IMG/VR virus record: IMGVR_UViG_3300027888_000008
Location: 1 to 38,415 of that record
DNA: 38,415 bases
Direction: 5' to 3' (one strand)
From: a virus
Lineage: Duplodnaviria; Caudoviricetes
The notes under the pieces were generated by a model. The model was not told the origin of the DNA, ran no database searches, and saw only the letters and a list, made by a program, of their open reading frames with translations. The first letter of the stretch is position 1. Each line of letters begins with the position of its first letter. Of the stretch, positions 1 through 8,211 are shown one piece after another. A program made the position numbers and the translations under genes.

Positions 1-118
1 TACCTAAGCGGCATAGACCTAAGCCGAGCAGACCTACGCAATGCAAACCTAAGAGGCGCAGACCTAAGCAGAACAAAACTCGACAAAAAGCATTTTGAAG
101 AAGCAAACGGGCTTCCAA
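1..118. repeat. Terminal direct repeat (identical to 38298-38415; a third copy lies at 37277-37394)
   Basis: Base-by-base identity of 118 nt; the sequence is the 3' part of a pentapeptide paralogue. Confidence 0.95.
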
Positions 119-140
119 TAATCAACGACGAGGTGAAAAA

Positions 141-617
141 ATGAAAACGTTTGAAGAGACGCAAGAAATCTTAACCAAAATATTAGGGCATGCTCCTAGG
201 ATTGTAGATGGGAAATTTGACCTACTCGGCGCAAACCTACACGGTGCAGACCTAAGCGGCGCATACCTACACGGCGCAAACCTATTCGGCGCACACCTAA
301 ACTATACAGACCTACGTGGTGCAGACCTAAGCAACGCAAGCCTAAGCCGCGCAGACCTAATCTACGCAGACCTACGCGGTGCAAACCTAATCGGCGCATA
401 CCTACACGGCGCATACCTACTCGGCGCATACCTACGCGACGCAAACCTACGTGGTGCATACCTACACGGTGCAGACCTACGCGGTGCAGACTTACGCGGT
501 GCAAACCTACGAGACGCAGACCTAAGCAACGCATACCTACGCGGAACAAAACTCGACAAAAAGCATTTTAAAGAAGCAATCGGGCTTCCAATAATCAATG
601 ACAAGGTGAAAAAATGA
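141..617 (+). CDS. Pentapeptide repeat protein, array copy 5 (21 repeats)
   Basis: MKTFEET cap, A(D/N)LxG repeats, TKLDKKHF...VKK cap; ATGA overlaps at both ends. Confidence 0.95.
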   Translation: MKTFEETQEILTKILGHAPRIVDGKFDLLGANLHGADLSGAYLHGANLFGAHLNYTDLRGADLSNASLSRADLIYADLRGANLIGAYLHGAYLLGAYLRDANLRGAYLHGADLRGADLRGANLRDADLSNAYLRGTKLDKKHFKEAIGLPIINDKVKK

Positions 618-1225
618 AAACGTTTGAAGAGACGAAAGAAATCTTAACCAAAATATTAGGGCATGAGCCAAAAATTGTAGATGGGAAATTTTACTTATGC
701 GGAGCAAACCTACGCGGTGCAGACCTACGAAGCGCAAACCTACGCGGTGCAGACATACGCGGCGCAAACCTAAGCCACGCAAACCTAAGCGGTGCAAACC
801 TAATCGGCGCAAACCTAATCGGCGCAAACCTAATCGGCGAAGACCTAAGCTACGCATACCTACGTCGCGCAGACCTATTCGGAGCAGACCTACGCGGAGC
901 AGACCTAAGCGTTGCAGACCTAAGCGAGGCATGCCTATGCGTTATAGATCTACGCGGCGCAAACCTAAGCAACGCAGACCTATTCGGTGCAGACCTAAGC
1001 GACTCAAACCTAAGCAACGCAGCCCTACGCGGTGCATCCCTAATCTACACAAACCTACGAGGCGCAGACCTACGAGGTGCATACCTAAGTGGCATAGACC
1101 TACGCCGAGCAGACCTACGCAATGCAAACCTACTCGGCGCAAACCTAAGCAGAACAAAACTCGACAAAAAACATTTTAAAGAAGCAAACGGGCTTCCAAT
1201 AATCAATGACGAGGTGAAAAAATGA
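614..1225 (+). CDS. Pentapeptide repeat protein, array copy 6 (30 repeats)
   Basis: Same caps and repeat core; ATGA coupling. Confidence 0.95.
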   Translation: MKTFEETKEILTKILGHEPKIVDGKFYLCGANLRGADLRSANLRGADIRGANLSHANLSGANLIGANLIGANLIGEDLSYAYLRRADLFGADLRGADLSVADLSEACLCVIDLRGANLSNADLFGADLSDSNLSNAALRGASLIYTNLRGADLRGAYLSGIDLRRADLRNANLLGANLSRTKLDKKHFKEANGLPIINDEVKK

Positions 1226-1893
1226 AAACGTTTGAAGAGACGAAAGAAATCTTAACCAAAATATTAGGGCATGAGCCAAAAATTGTAGATGGGAAATTTT
1301 ACCTAAGCAACGCAGACCTACGCGGTGCATCCCTAATCTACACAGACCTACGAGGCGCAGACCTACGAGACGCAGACCTAAGTAACGCAAACCTATGCGG
1401 TATATACCTAAGCCACGCAAACCTAAGCCGCGCATACCTAAGCAACGCAGACCTACGCGGTGCATGCCTAGTCGGTGCATGCATAGTCGGTGCAGACATA
1501 CGAGGCGCAAACCTAAGCGGCGCAAACATAAGCGGCGCAGACCTACGTCGCGCAGACCTATTCGGCGCAGACCTACGCGGCGCAGACCTACGCGGAGCAG
1601 ACCTACGCGTTGCAGACCTAAGCGACGCAGAACTACGCGAAGCAAACCTACGCGAAGCAGACCTAAGCGAGGCATACCTAAGTAACGCAAACCTACGCAA
1701 CGCAGACCTAATCGATGCAAATCTATGTGGCGCAAACCTAAAACACGCAAACCTAAGCGAGGCAGACCTATGCGGCGCACACCTAAGCAACGCAAACCTA
1801 AGCTACGCATACCTACGCGGAACAAAACTCGACAAAAAGCATTTTGAAGAAGCAATCGGGCTTCCAATAATCAACGACGAGGTGAAAAAATGA
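1222..1893 (+). CDS. Pentapeptide repeat protein, array copy 7 (34 repeats)
   Basis: Same caps and repeat core; ATGA coupling. Confidence 0.95.
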   Translation: MKTFEETKEILTKILGHEPKIVDGKFYLSNADLRGASLIYTDLRGADLRDADLSNANLCGIYLSHANLSRAYLSNADLRGACLVGACIVGADIRGANLSGANISGADLRRADLFGADLRGADLRGADLRVADLSDAELREANLREADLSEAYLSNANLRNADLIDANLCGANLKHANLSEADLCGAHLSNANLSYAYLRGTKLDKKHFEEAIGLPIINDEVKK

Positions 1894-2450
1894 AAACCTT
1901 TGAAGAGACGCAAGAAATCTTAACCAAAATATTAGGGCATGCTCCTAGGATTGTAGATGGGAAATTTTACCTATGCGGAGCAAACCTACGCGGTGCAGAC
2001 CTACGAAGCGCAAACCTACGCGGTGCAGACCTATACTGCGCAAACCTAAGCCACGCAAACCTACGCAACGCAGACCTACACGGTGCAGACCTAAACGGCG
2101 CAGACCTACGCAACGCAGACCTACTCGGCGCAAACCTACTCCGCGCAGACCTACGCGACGCAGACCTAAACGGCGCAAACCTAAGCAACGCAAACCTATT
2201 CGGCGCACACCTAAACTATACAGACCTACGTGGTGCAGACCTAAGCAACGCAAGCCTAAGCGGCGCAGACCTAATCTACGCAGACCTACGCGGCGCAAAC
2301 CTAAGCGGCGCATACCTAAACGGCGCATACCTACGCGGCGCATACCTACGCGGAACAAAACTCGACAAAAAGCATTTTGAAGAAGCAATCGGGCTTCCAA
2401 TTATCAACGACGAGGTGAATCATGAAACAAGCGCTGACACGCATAAATAA
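1890..2450 (+). CDS. Pentapeptide repeat protein, array copy 8 (25 repeats, divergent tail)
   Basis: Same caps up to NDEV, then a unique tail NHETSADTHK. Confidence 0.95.
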   Translation: MKTFEETQEILTKILGHAPRIVDGKFYLCGANLRGADLRSANLRGADLYCANLSHANLRNADLHGADLNGADLRNADLLGANLLRADLRDADLNGANLSNANLFGAHLNYTDLRGADLSNASLSGADLIYADLRGANLSGAYLNGAYLRGAYLRGTKLDKKHFEEAIGLPIINDEVNHETSADTHK

Positions 2451-2556
2451 AGTAGTGAATGACGGAAAAATAGTAGGTGATAAATCTAATATCTTCGGTA
2501 GAGGTATATCAATCAATGCATTAATCAAAGAGGACAAAGACAATGGACAGAACTAA
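2422..2556 (+). CDS. Small hypothetical protein (44 aa, MKQALTRINKVVNDGKIVG...)
   Basis: GAGGTG SD upstream; bridges the array and yqaJ; not in the ORF track. Confidence 0.55.
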   Translation: MKQALTRINKVVNDGKIVGDKSNIFGRGISINALIKEDKDNGQN

Positions 2557-3538
2557 ATTTCTCGAAGAACGCCGCTCGGGCATTGGCGGTTCAGATGTAG
2601 CAAGCCTTGTGGCTGCTGAATTGCCAGAACTTGAGCTTACACCATTTAAAACACCGCTTGAGGTTTATTATTCAAAGGTGCTTGAGCCAGAAGATACAGA
2701 ACCGACGATTGACCAGAGGCGTGGGATTAATGCAGAGTACTTGGTAACAGAGCTTTATTTAAGTAAAAATGCTACTAAAAATGAAACTTATTGTATTGTT
2801 GACCATTCACCGCTACTTAGAACACGTGATTTTATGCTTGCGCATCCAGATAAGATAATTGGGAGCTTTACTCCGCCATTAGAGACTTTTAATCCATTAT
2901 TAGGTTGGCATATTTTAGAATGCAAAACAGTTCATCCCTCAAAAGCCGACCGGTGGAAAACCAAAGCCCCGCTTGAATATTGGCTGCAATGCATTCACTA
3001 TGCTATTGTTTGCGATGCACCATTCGTTGACATCGCTGGCATGATAGGATTTGAGGGGCTATCGGGCGACGATGAATATTTTAAAATTTATCGGTATGAG
3101 CGCGATAAGAAACTTGAAAAAAGAATAATCGACATCGAAGAACGCTTTTGGGAAAAGCACGTACTAAAAAAGATACCACCGCCACCGATGAATAATGCTG
3201 ATTACAATTTACTGCACGTCTCGCACAACAAGAAAAAAGCAATCATCGCAACGGCAGAAATTGACGAGGCTGTAAAAAAATATAGCTTTTTAGCAGCGGC
3301 AATCGAAAAATATAAAAAAGAAAAAGACGAGCAATCGCTACTTATAAAAAATTACATGGGCGACGCATATACCTTGCAAGACAACGAAGGTCAAAAGCTA
3401 GGCGTATGCTACAATAAGAATAATCCGCCAAAGCTAGACAAAGAAAAACTAAAGACTCTAATTTCAGAAGAAGACTACAACAGTCTTTTTGCAACTCCTA
3501 CACAAATCACCATCTTTACTCCAACCAAGAGGACATAA
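2543..3538 (+). CDS. YqaJ-like viral recombinase exonuclease (lambda-exonuclease family)
   Basis: RRSGIGGSDVA, HPD, ILECKT and QCIHY motifs; directly upstream of recT. Confidence 0.9.
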   Translation: MDRTKFLEERRSGIGGSDVASLVAAELPELELTPFKTPLEVYYSKVLEPEDTEPTIDQRRGINAEYLVTELYLSKNATKNETYCIVDHSPLLRTRDFMLAHPDKIIGSFTPPLETFNPLLGWHILECKTVHPSKADRWKTKAPLEYWLQCIHYAIVCDAPFVDIAGMIGFEGLSGDDEYFKIYRYERDKKLEKRIIDIEERFWEKHVLKKIPPPPMNNADYNLLHVSHNKKKAIIATAEIDEAVKKYSFLAAAIEKYKKEKDEQSLLIKNYMGDAYTLQDNEGQKLGVCYNKNNPPKLDKEKLKTLISEEDYNSLFATPTQITIFTPTKRT

Positions 3539-3541
3539 ATC

Positions 3542-4525
3542 ATGACAAATATTACAGAAGTGACAAACACGTTAAAGGCTAACAGAAAAGCAATGATTTC
3601 GTTGCTAGAAACAGATTACGACGGGCGCAAATTATCTTTAGAAGAAAAAGAAGCACGCTGTAAGAACTTAAGCCGCGTATTAATAAATCAGCTTCAAATA
3701 AATCCAGAAGTTTTAAAAGCGTCGCCAGATTCAATTTATTTGGCTGCAATGGAAGGGGTTAGGAATAAACTAGAATTAGGGTACGATTTTCATCTTGTGG
3801 CTTACGGTAATGTGTGTAAATGTATGATGGATTATAAGGGCAAATTGACTCTTGCGAAACGTTCTAAACGCGTAACAAAAATTGATGTTCAGCTTGTTCA
3901 TGAAAACGACGAATTTTGGTTACGTTTTGGAGAAGAACCGTATCATAAAATTTCAGGAAAATCCGCTTTTAATCGAGGAGAAATAATTGGGGTGTACGCC
4001 GTCGGCAAAGAGTTAGACGCAAGAGGGATAGAGCAAGTTTATGTTGATCCGATGTCTGTAGATGAGATAAATGATATTAGAAATCGCTACTCACAACAAA
4101 AGAACGGCACAGCATGGACAAATAGTTGGGGAGAAATGGCGAAGAAAACAGTCTTGCGAAGACTAACTAAACGCCTAGATAGAAGCATCAACGATCAATT
4201 CAGACTTACATCAAATCAAGATATGTGGCACGAAGATACTACTTTTGACAATGCAGAAGTAATCGAAGGAAAAACGGTTCAAGCTCCTGCAATGATAGAA
4301 CAGCAAATAAACCCAACCGATCAGTTAAACGCGGCTTTTGACGCAAAAGAAAAAGAACCTGTTAAAGCAAAAAGCAAGAAAAAAGATGAAGTAGAAATAC
4401 CGACAACCATCAGCGAGGAAGAGCAACTTGAAAAAGAAGAAGCATCAACGATCAATTCAGACTTACATCAAATCGAGATATGCTGCAATTATGGCGAAAG
4501 CAGAAACAAACAAACTTTTACTTAA
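3542..4525 (+). CDS. recT: RecT-family single-strand annealing recombinase
   Basis: MDYKGKLTLAKRS, VHENDEF, RGEIIGVYAV and W...WGEMAKKTVLRRLTKRL motifs. Confidence 0.9.
   Translation: MTNITEVTNTLKANRKAMISLLETDYDGRKLSLEEKEARCKNLSRVLINQLQINPEVLKASPDSIYLAAMEGVRNKLELGYDFHLVAYGNVCKCMMDYKGKLTLAKRSKRVTKIDVQLVHENDEFWLRFGEEPYHKISGKSAFNRGEIIGVYAVGKELDARGIEQVYVDPMSVDEINDIRNRYSQQKNGTAWTNSWGEMAKKTVLRRLTKRLDRSINDQFRLTSNQDMWHEDTTFDNAEVIEGKTVQAPAMIEQQINPTDQLNAAFDAKEKEPVKAKSKKKDEVEIPTTISEEEQLEKEEASTINSDLHQIEICCNYGESRNKQTFT
4181..4482 (+). repeat. 45-bp direct repeat inside recT (4181-4225 and 4438-4482, 1 mismatch)
   Basis: agaagcatcaacgatcaattcagacttacatcaaatc(a/g)agatatg occurs twice. Confidence 0.9.
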
Positions 4526-4543
4526 TAGAGTGGTAAATAAATT

Positions 4544-4771
4544 ATGATTACATTTTTATATCTTTCAATCCTTTTTGGAAGCGTTTTTTTAGCGTATTGC
4601 ATAGTATTAATAACAGAATTTATAGTAAGTTTTACTAGAAAGAAAAAAATGATGAGAGATTTTGAAAAGCAATCGAATTATATAGTTTCAGATAAAAAAG
4701 CTAAAAAAATTATCAAGAAATGTCCTTCATGGAAAGAACCTAGAAATTTTACAAATATTAAGACGCTATAG
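4544..4771 (+). CDS. Small membrane protein
   Basis: N-terminal hydrophobic helix followed by a basic tail. Confidence 0.6.
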   Translation: MITFLYLSILFGSVFLAYCIVLITEFIVSFTRKKKMMRDFEKQSNYIVSDKKAKKIIKKCPSWKEPRNFTNIKTL

Positions 4772-4846
4772 TTTAATGGTAAAACATGCTAGTTTTTCCT
4801 TAAAAATTTTTCTAGCAAGATTCTGGTTCGAATCCAGCTGGCGTCA
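4762..4846 (+). tRNA. tRNA-like element with an aberrant anticodon arm (identity undeterminable)
   Basis: Acceptor GACGCTA/TGGCGTC; D-arm GTTT-AATGGTA-AAAC; T-loop GGTTCGAATCC; stem TGCTAG/CTAGCA closes a 19-nt loop. Confidence 0.7.
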
Positions 4847-4942
4847 CTAATTTAATAGAGGGCGATCTATTCCTAAAATCGTTGAGCATGAAAAAACTCC
4901 CCTCTATTGGTTTATTATAAACTATTTTCAAAAAAATACTAT

Positions 4943-5019
4943 GCCGCCGTAGCTTAAGAAAAGCGCGCGAGGATTAGCCCTTCTTGCGTGAGATTCAGGT
5001 TTAATTCCTGACGGCGGCA
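4943..5019 (+). tRNA. tRNA-like element with an extended anticodon stem (loop TTAGCCC)
   Basis: Acceptor GCCGCCG/CGGCGGC; D-arm GCTT/AAGC; T-arm TCAGG-TTTAATT-CCTGA; 8-bp anticodon stem including G-U pairs. Confidence 0.65.
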
Positions 5020-5154
5020 CTTAAATTTTTTTGAAAAAACTTGGTTTATGTACAAAATAGATACAATTTAGGTCTAGTTATACCAATTTAAAAGCAGAGA
5101 AAGAGTTGATTGACGAGCTTAGGGAAATGTTATTTATATGTGTTTGTGAAAAAA

Positions 5155-5188
5155 ATAAGCCTTGACATCGGGCGACGTCAAGACTTAT
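5155..5188. promoter_or_regulatory. Imperfect inverted repeat upstream of the initiator gene
   Basis: ataagcCTTGACATCG-gg-CGACGTCAAGacttat. Confidence 0.45.
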
Positions 5189-5285
5189 ACTTTACTTAGA
5201 TACTAAAACCCTTGCAGTTTAACAGATAATATAAGGGTGTCAATACTTTTTTTTAAATATTTTATAAGCTAAATGCTGGTGGAAT

Positions 5286-6113
5286 ATGGAGCAAGCTAGT
5301 TACAATTATGGCAATAGGTGTGGGCATGTGCCAAACAGCCCGCGACTATACGTAAGGCCAGCATTTAAAAAGAAAACATACGATATTTTAACGGACGCGC
5401 AAAAAAATCTAGCAGAATATTATTCAGACCCAAAAAACTGGCTAAAAAACATCGAGGAAAGCCGTTTTGATGTTGATAAGGGTCATAGCATGGGTCAACA
5501 AAGAACGGAGTCGAGAGAGGCTGTGGCTGCCGTTACGGGCGTGATTTTAGACCACTTAGACCTCGATACCATGAACATCGTTCGATATAAACAAGGAACA
5601 CCAAAAAATATGTCAATTTACGACATTGCCGAAAAAGCTGGAATTAATTACGATAGATGTTGGCGTGCGCTAATGGTGCTTCAAAATGCGTCTTATGTAA
5701 CTAGTAAACAAGCACAAATTAAGGAAATCGCGCTGAAGCGAGTTAGCCTTACATTATTACATCATTTAGGAATATCTGCTCTGCGTGTACATCTATGCAG
5801 AGGAAAGAAGCATAAATCACTAGAAATGAAACGCGGCGAAACAGCCATCCAAAATAATCCACAGTTAAAAAAAGCCATGAAAAGTCTTAAAGAAGCTCTT
5901 TGTAAACCAATAAAAACACTTGAGCAAAAAGAGGAAGCAGAAAAAGAAAAACAACGTAAATATTTTTGCAAGTGCAGCAGAGAACTTTTCTTGAACCTAG
6001 AACCACAAATTAAGGCTGGAAAAATGTCGATTGGTGATATCAATAGAATATTGTATGAACGCGGCATTTACCATCCCGACCTACCAAAAGAAAAAGTCTT
6101 TGGAAAGACGTGA
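5286..6113 (+). CDS. Plasmid-type replication initiator (IncFII RepA-like, HTH)
   Basis: SREAVAAV...DHLD, SIYDIAEKAGI, RCWRALMVLQNASYVT and LLHHLGIS parallel recalled IncFII RepA motifs; DnaA boxes lie downstream. Confidence 0.65.
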   Translation: MEQASYNYGNRCGHVPNSPRLYVRPAFKKKTYDILTDAQKNLAEYYSDPKNWLKNIEESRFDVDKGHSMGQQRTESREAVAAVTGVILDHLDLDTMNIVRYKQGTPKNMSIYDIAEKAGINYDRCWRALMVLQNASYVTSKQAQIKEIALKRVSLTLLHHLGISALRVHLCRGKKHKSLEMKRGETAIQNNPQLKKAMKSLKEALCKPIKTLEQKEEAEKEKQRKYFCKCSRELFLNLEPQIKAGKMSIGDINRILYERGIYHPDLPKEKVFGKT

Positions 6114-6236
6114 AAACAAGAAAATATAGAAATCCTAGAACAATCCTGCCTAAAAATACCCGCTGAACAAATTTTGTGCACAAAAAATGAAAGTCCGCCT
6201 GTATTGCGACCCACAGCAAGTCAATTTTTCTTAGCC

Positions 6237-6257
6237 TGTGGATAACTCTGTGGATAA
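6237..6257 (-). promoter_or_regulatory. Two consensus DnaA boxes; putative origin
   Basis: TGTGGATAA at 6237-6245 and 6249-6257 (TTATCCACA on the minus strand). Confidence 0.8.
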
Positions 6258-6581
6258 CTTTCAAAAAATAGACAAAAATAGGCCTGCATTCAAAAATAAG
6301 TGCGAATAGGAAATCAAATAAGTAGGGAGCAGCCCCTCTCTATTAATACTCTAATGTATTTTTTTGCTTTTATTTTTTAAAGAGGGTGGCGCGGTGGGAA
6401 TAGTGCATAAATTTTGCATATTTGAGGAAATAATGAGCGTTCCGCTAAGCTTTAGAAATGACTTGAATTTATAGAAATGTAATGGGAGTCGTGCAAACGT
6501 CGCTGTTGTAAACATCACAATAATTACAAATGCTTGATAAAATGGATGTTTAATCGTTGCTTAAAATCTTGAGCATATTTG

Positions 6582-6611
6582 CGTTGTCATAAACGGTGGT
6601 TTATGACAACG
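6582..6611. promoter_or_regulatory. Perfect 13-bp inverted repeat (operator or hairpin)
   Basis: CGTTGTCATAAAC-ggtg-GTTTATGACAACG. Confidence 0.6.
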
Positions 6612-6679
6612 ATAATTAGGCAGGAGGACAAAACTATGTCTGAAGAAATCAAATGCGGAAAATTTGCGGCAGTTAAGCA

Positions 6680-6976
6680 TTAAACATAATCAATCTCAAA
6701 TAGCATTAGCAGCTTTATTAGATCAATTACACGGAAATTATTCGATTTCCCATATTCTATTTTTTTATATGCATCCCAAGAAATATCCAAAAAATCCGCT
6801 ACTTCGTCTTGGCTGTACCCTAATTCTGTACGCTTTCTTTTTAATATCGACAAAAAACGAGGTAATTCTGTGTCGGTGGCTTCTAATATTTCTTTTTTAC
6901 GCTTTAATGTAATTTTATGCTTAGCTTTGTGCGTCGGCTTATAGGGACTTGATTTTCTGTTCGATGGATTTTGCAT
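6680..6976 (-). CDS. XRE-family HTH regulator
   Basis: LKRKRTELGYSQDEVADFLDISWDAYKKIEYG; start moved to MQNPS, which has a GAGGAG SD. Confidence 0.85.
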   Translation of the reverse strand: MQNPSNRKSSPYKPTHKAKHKITLKRKKEILEATDTELPRFLSILKRKRTELGYSQDEVADFLDISWDAYKKIEYGKSNNFRVIDLIKLLMLFEIDYV

Positions 6977-7229
6977 TTTGTAGCTCCTCGTCTGACATAA
7001 AAAAAAAGGATAGCGGCAACTCAAAAAATTGCGCTGTCCGTATTAAGTGGGACATGTGCATAGCAGCACGCCCACGCTCAATTCGGCATAAGGAAAAACG
7101 GGTCATCCCCACAACTTCGCCAAGCTCACGTTGTGTTATTTTATACATCCTCCGCAAGTCTTTTATTCGATGACCAATCATCGTTTTTCGCTTAAATAGA
7201 GTCTCTTGGTCAATTTTTAAATTATTCAT
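6939..7229 (-). CDS. XRE-family HTH regulator
   Basis: IKDLRRMYKITQRELGEVVGMTRFSLCRIERG. Confidence 0.9.
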   Translation of the reverse strand: MNNLKIDQETLFKRKTMIGHRIKDLRRMYKITQRELGEVVGMTRFSLCRIERGRAAMHMSHLIRTAQFFELPLSFFFMSDEELQNAKSIEQKIKSL

Positions 7230-7635
7230 AATTTCTAAGACCGAGATACAGCTCGTTAACTATTTTTTGCGCATATTCGTCAAGATCGCCACCGATTTCT
7301 GCGGGGTCAAGCTTTTTATCTTTGTACTCCTGCTTAAACTCCCATATTTTATCGCGTACCTCTTGCGGCGTAAAACGATCATCGGAGAGGACGGCGACTG
7401 TTAAGCGTTCAATTATTTTTTCACGTATTAGTATTTTTAAAAACTTTAGCAGCTGGTAAGTCCCGCATTTCCAAAAAGGTAAATCACACAAAAAATAATT
7501 TTTGAATAATGCCTCACGTTCCTTTTCATTGATATACTCATAAAGCAAGTTATACAGTTTGTTGATTTTTTCGATATCGCTTTCGCTTACTGCGTAGTCA
7601 ATAAATTCTTCAAAAAAATCATGTTCGGTTTTCAT
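7222..7635 (-). CDS. Hypothetical protein
   Basis: Part of the leftward operon; likely start MKTEHD after a GGAGG SD. Confidence 0.7.
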   Translation of the reverse strand: MKTEHDFFEEFIDYAVSESDIEKINKLYNLLYEYINEKEREALFKNYFLCDLPFWKCGTYQLLKFLKILIREKIIERLTVAVLSDDRFTPQEVRDKIWEFKQEYKDKKLDPAEIGGDLDEYAQKIVNELYLGLRNYE

Positions 7636-8059
7636 TTTTCCCTCCAGTCTTGTCAAGTTGTTCAATCTGATATTTCATTCGTTCAAGTTGTATCTTTTCT
7701 AAGAGAGGCTTATTGTCATTCAAAATATCATGTGCTAACTTAATAGTTTCACTGGCGTCACCATCCCACGTAAAAGGACATTCTTGAACGAAGCACGAAA
7801 TAAAGAAAGTTCCAAATTTATGATAGACGGCGTTAATATCTTTCATTGCTTCTTCTGGCGTGAGGTTTGTGTTAAGGGTTGCAATACCGGCCATTCTAAC
7901 CAAGCAAAAAATTTGACAGCACAAAGCCGAGAAATGCTTCAGACATTCTTCGTGCGTCCCTATATGATTGGAGAACGGCAATTTTTGCAGTCCTTTTATG
8001 TGCTCATCTTCCGCTAATAACGCGGCAAAAAGTTCTTTGATTTCAGTTTCGTTCTTCAT
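7619..8059 (-). CDS. Hypothetical protein
   Basis: GAGGTG SD; overlaps its neighbours. Confidence 0.75.
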   Translation of the reverse strand: MKNETEIKELFAALLAEDEHIKGLQKLPFSNHIGTHEECLKHFSALCCQIFCLVRMAGIATLNTNLTPEEAMKDINAVYHKFGTFFISCFVQECPFTWDGDASETIKLAHDILNDNKPLLEKIQLERMKYQIEQLDKTGGKNENRT

Positions 8060-8211
8060 TGTTCACCTCTTTCGATTTTGTATGTTTCATTTTCTTTTTC
8101 CTCATAAAATTTGTTCATTTCTATATATGCTTTTTGTCCTTCTTCGCAGCCCGCTTCATAGCCCGCTTCCCACGCAGTTTGCTGGGCTTCTATTTCTTTT
8201 GTGTTACTCAT
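8056..8211 (-). CDS. Small hypothetical protein (51 aa, MSNTKEIEAQQTAWEAGYEAG...)
   Basis: GAGGTG SD; ATGA overlap with the next gene; not in the ORF track. Confidence 0.65.
   Translation of the reverse strand: MSNTKEIEAQQTAWEAGYEAGCEEGQKAYIEMNKFYEEKENETYKIERGEQ

Noticed and set aside
196-2400. Long Arg/Pro-rich and RVGL-rich ORFs in other frames and strands (also 36434-38415)
   Set aside because: By-products of the 15-bp periodic repeat lacking stop codons; no SD or independent features
141-2450. Diversity-generating retroelement explanation for the NNC codon variability
   Set aside because: No reverse transcriptase or template repeat is present, and the wobble adenines of GCA and CTA are nearly invariant, whereas DGR mutagenesis would randomise them
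6664-6912. 82-aa plus-strand ORF, and similar short antisense ORFs within structural genes
   Set aside because: Shadow ORFs opposite well-supported genes
6999-7007. T9 run as a frameshift fusing the two XRE genes
   Set aside because: The downstream XRE gene has its own ATG (6976) with a GAGGAG SD, and homopolymers are common in this genome
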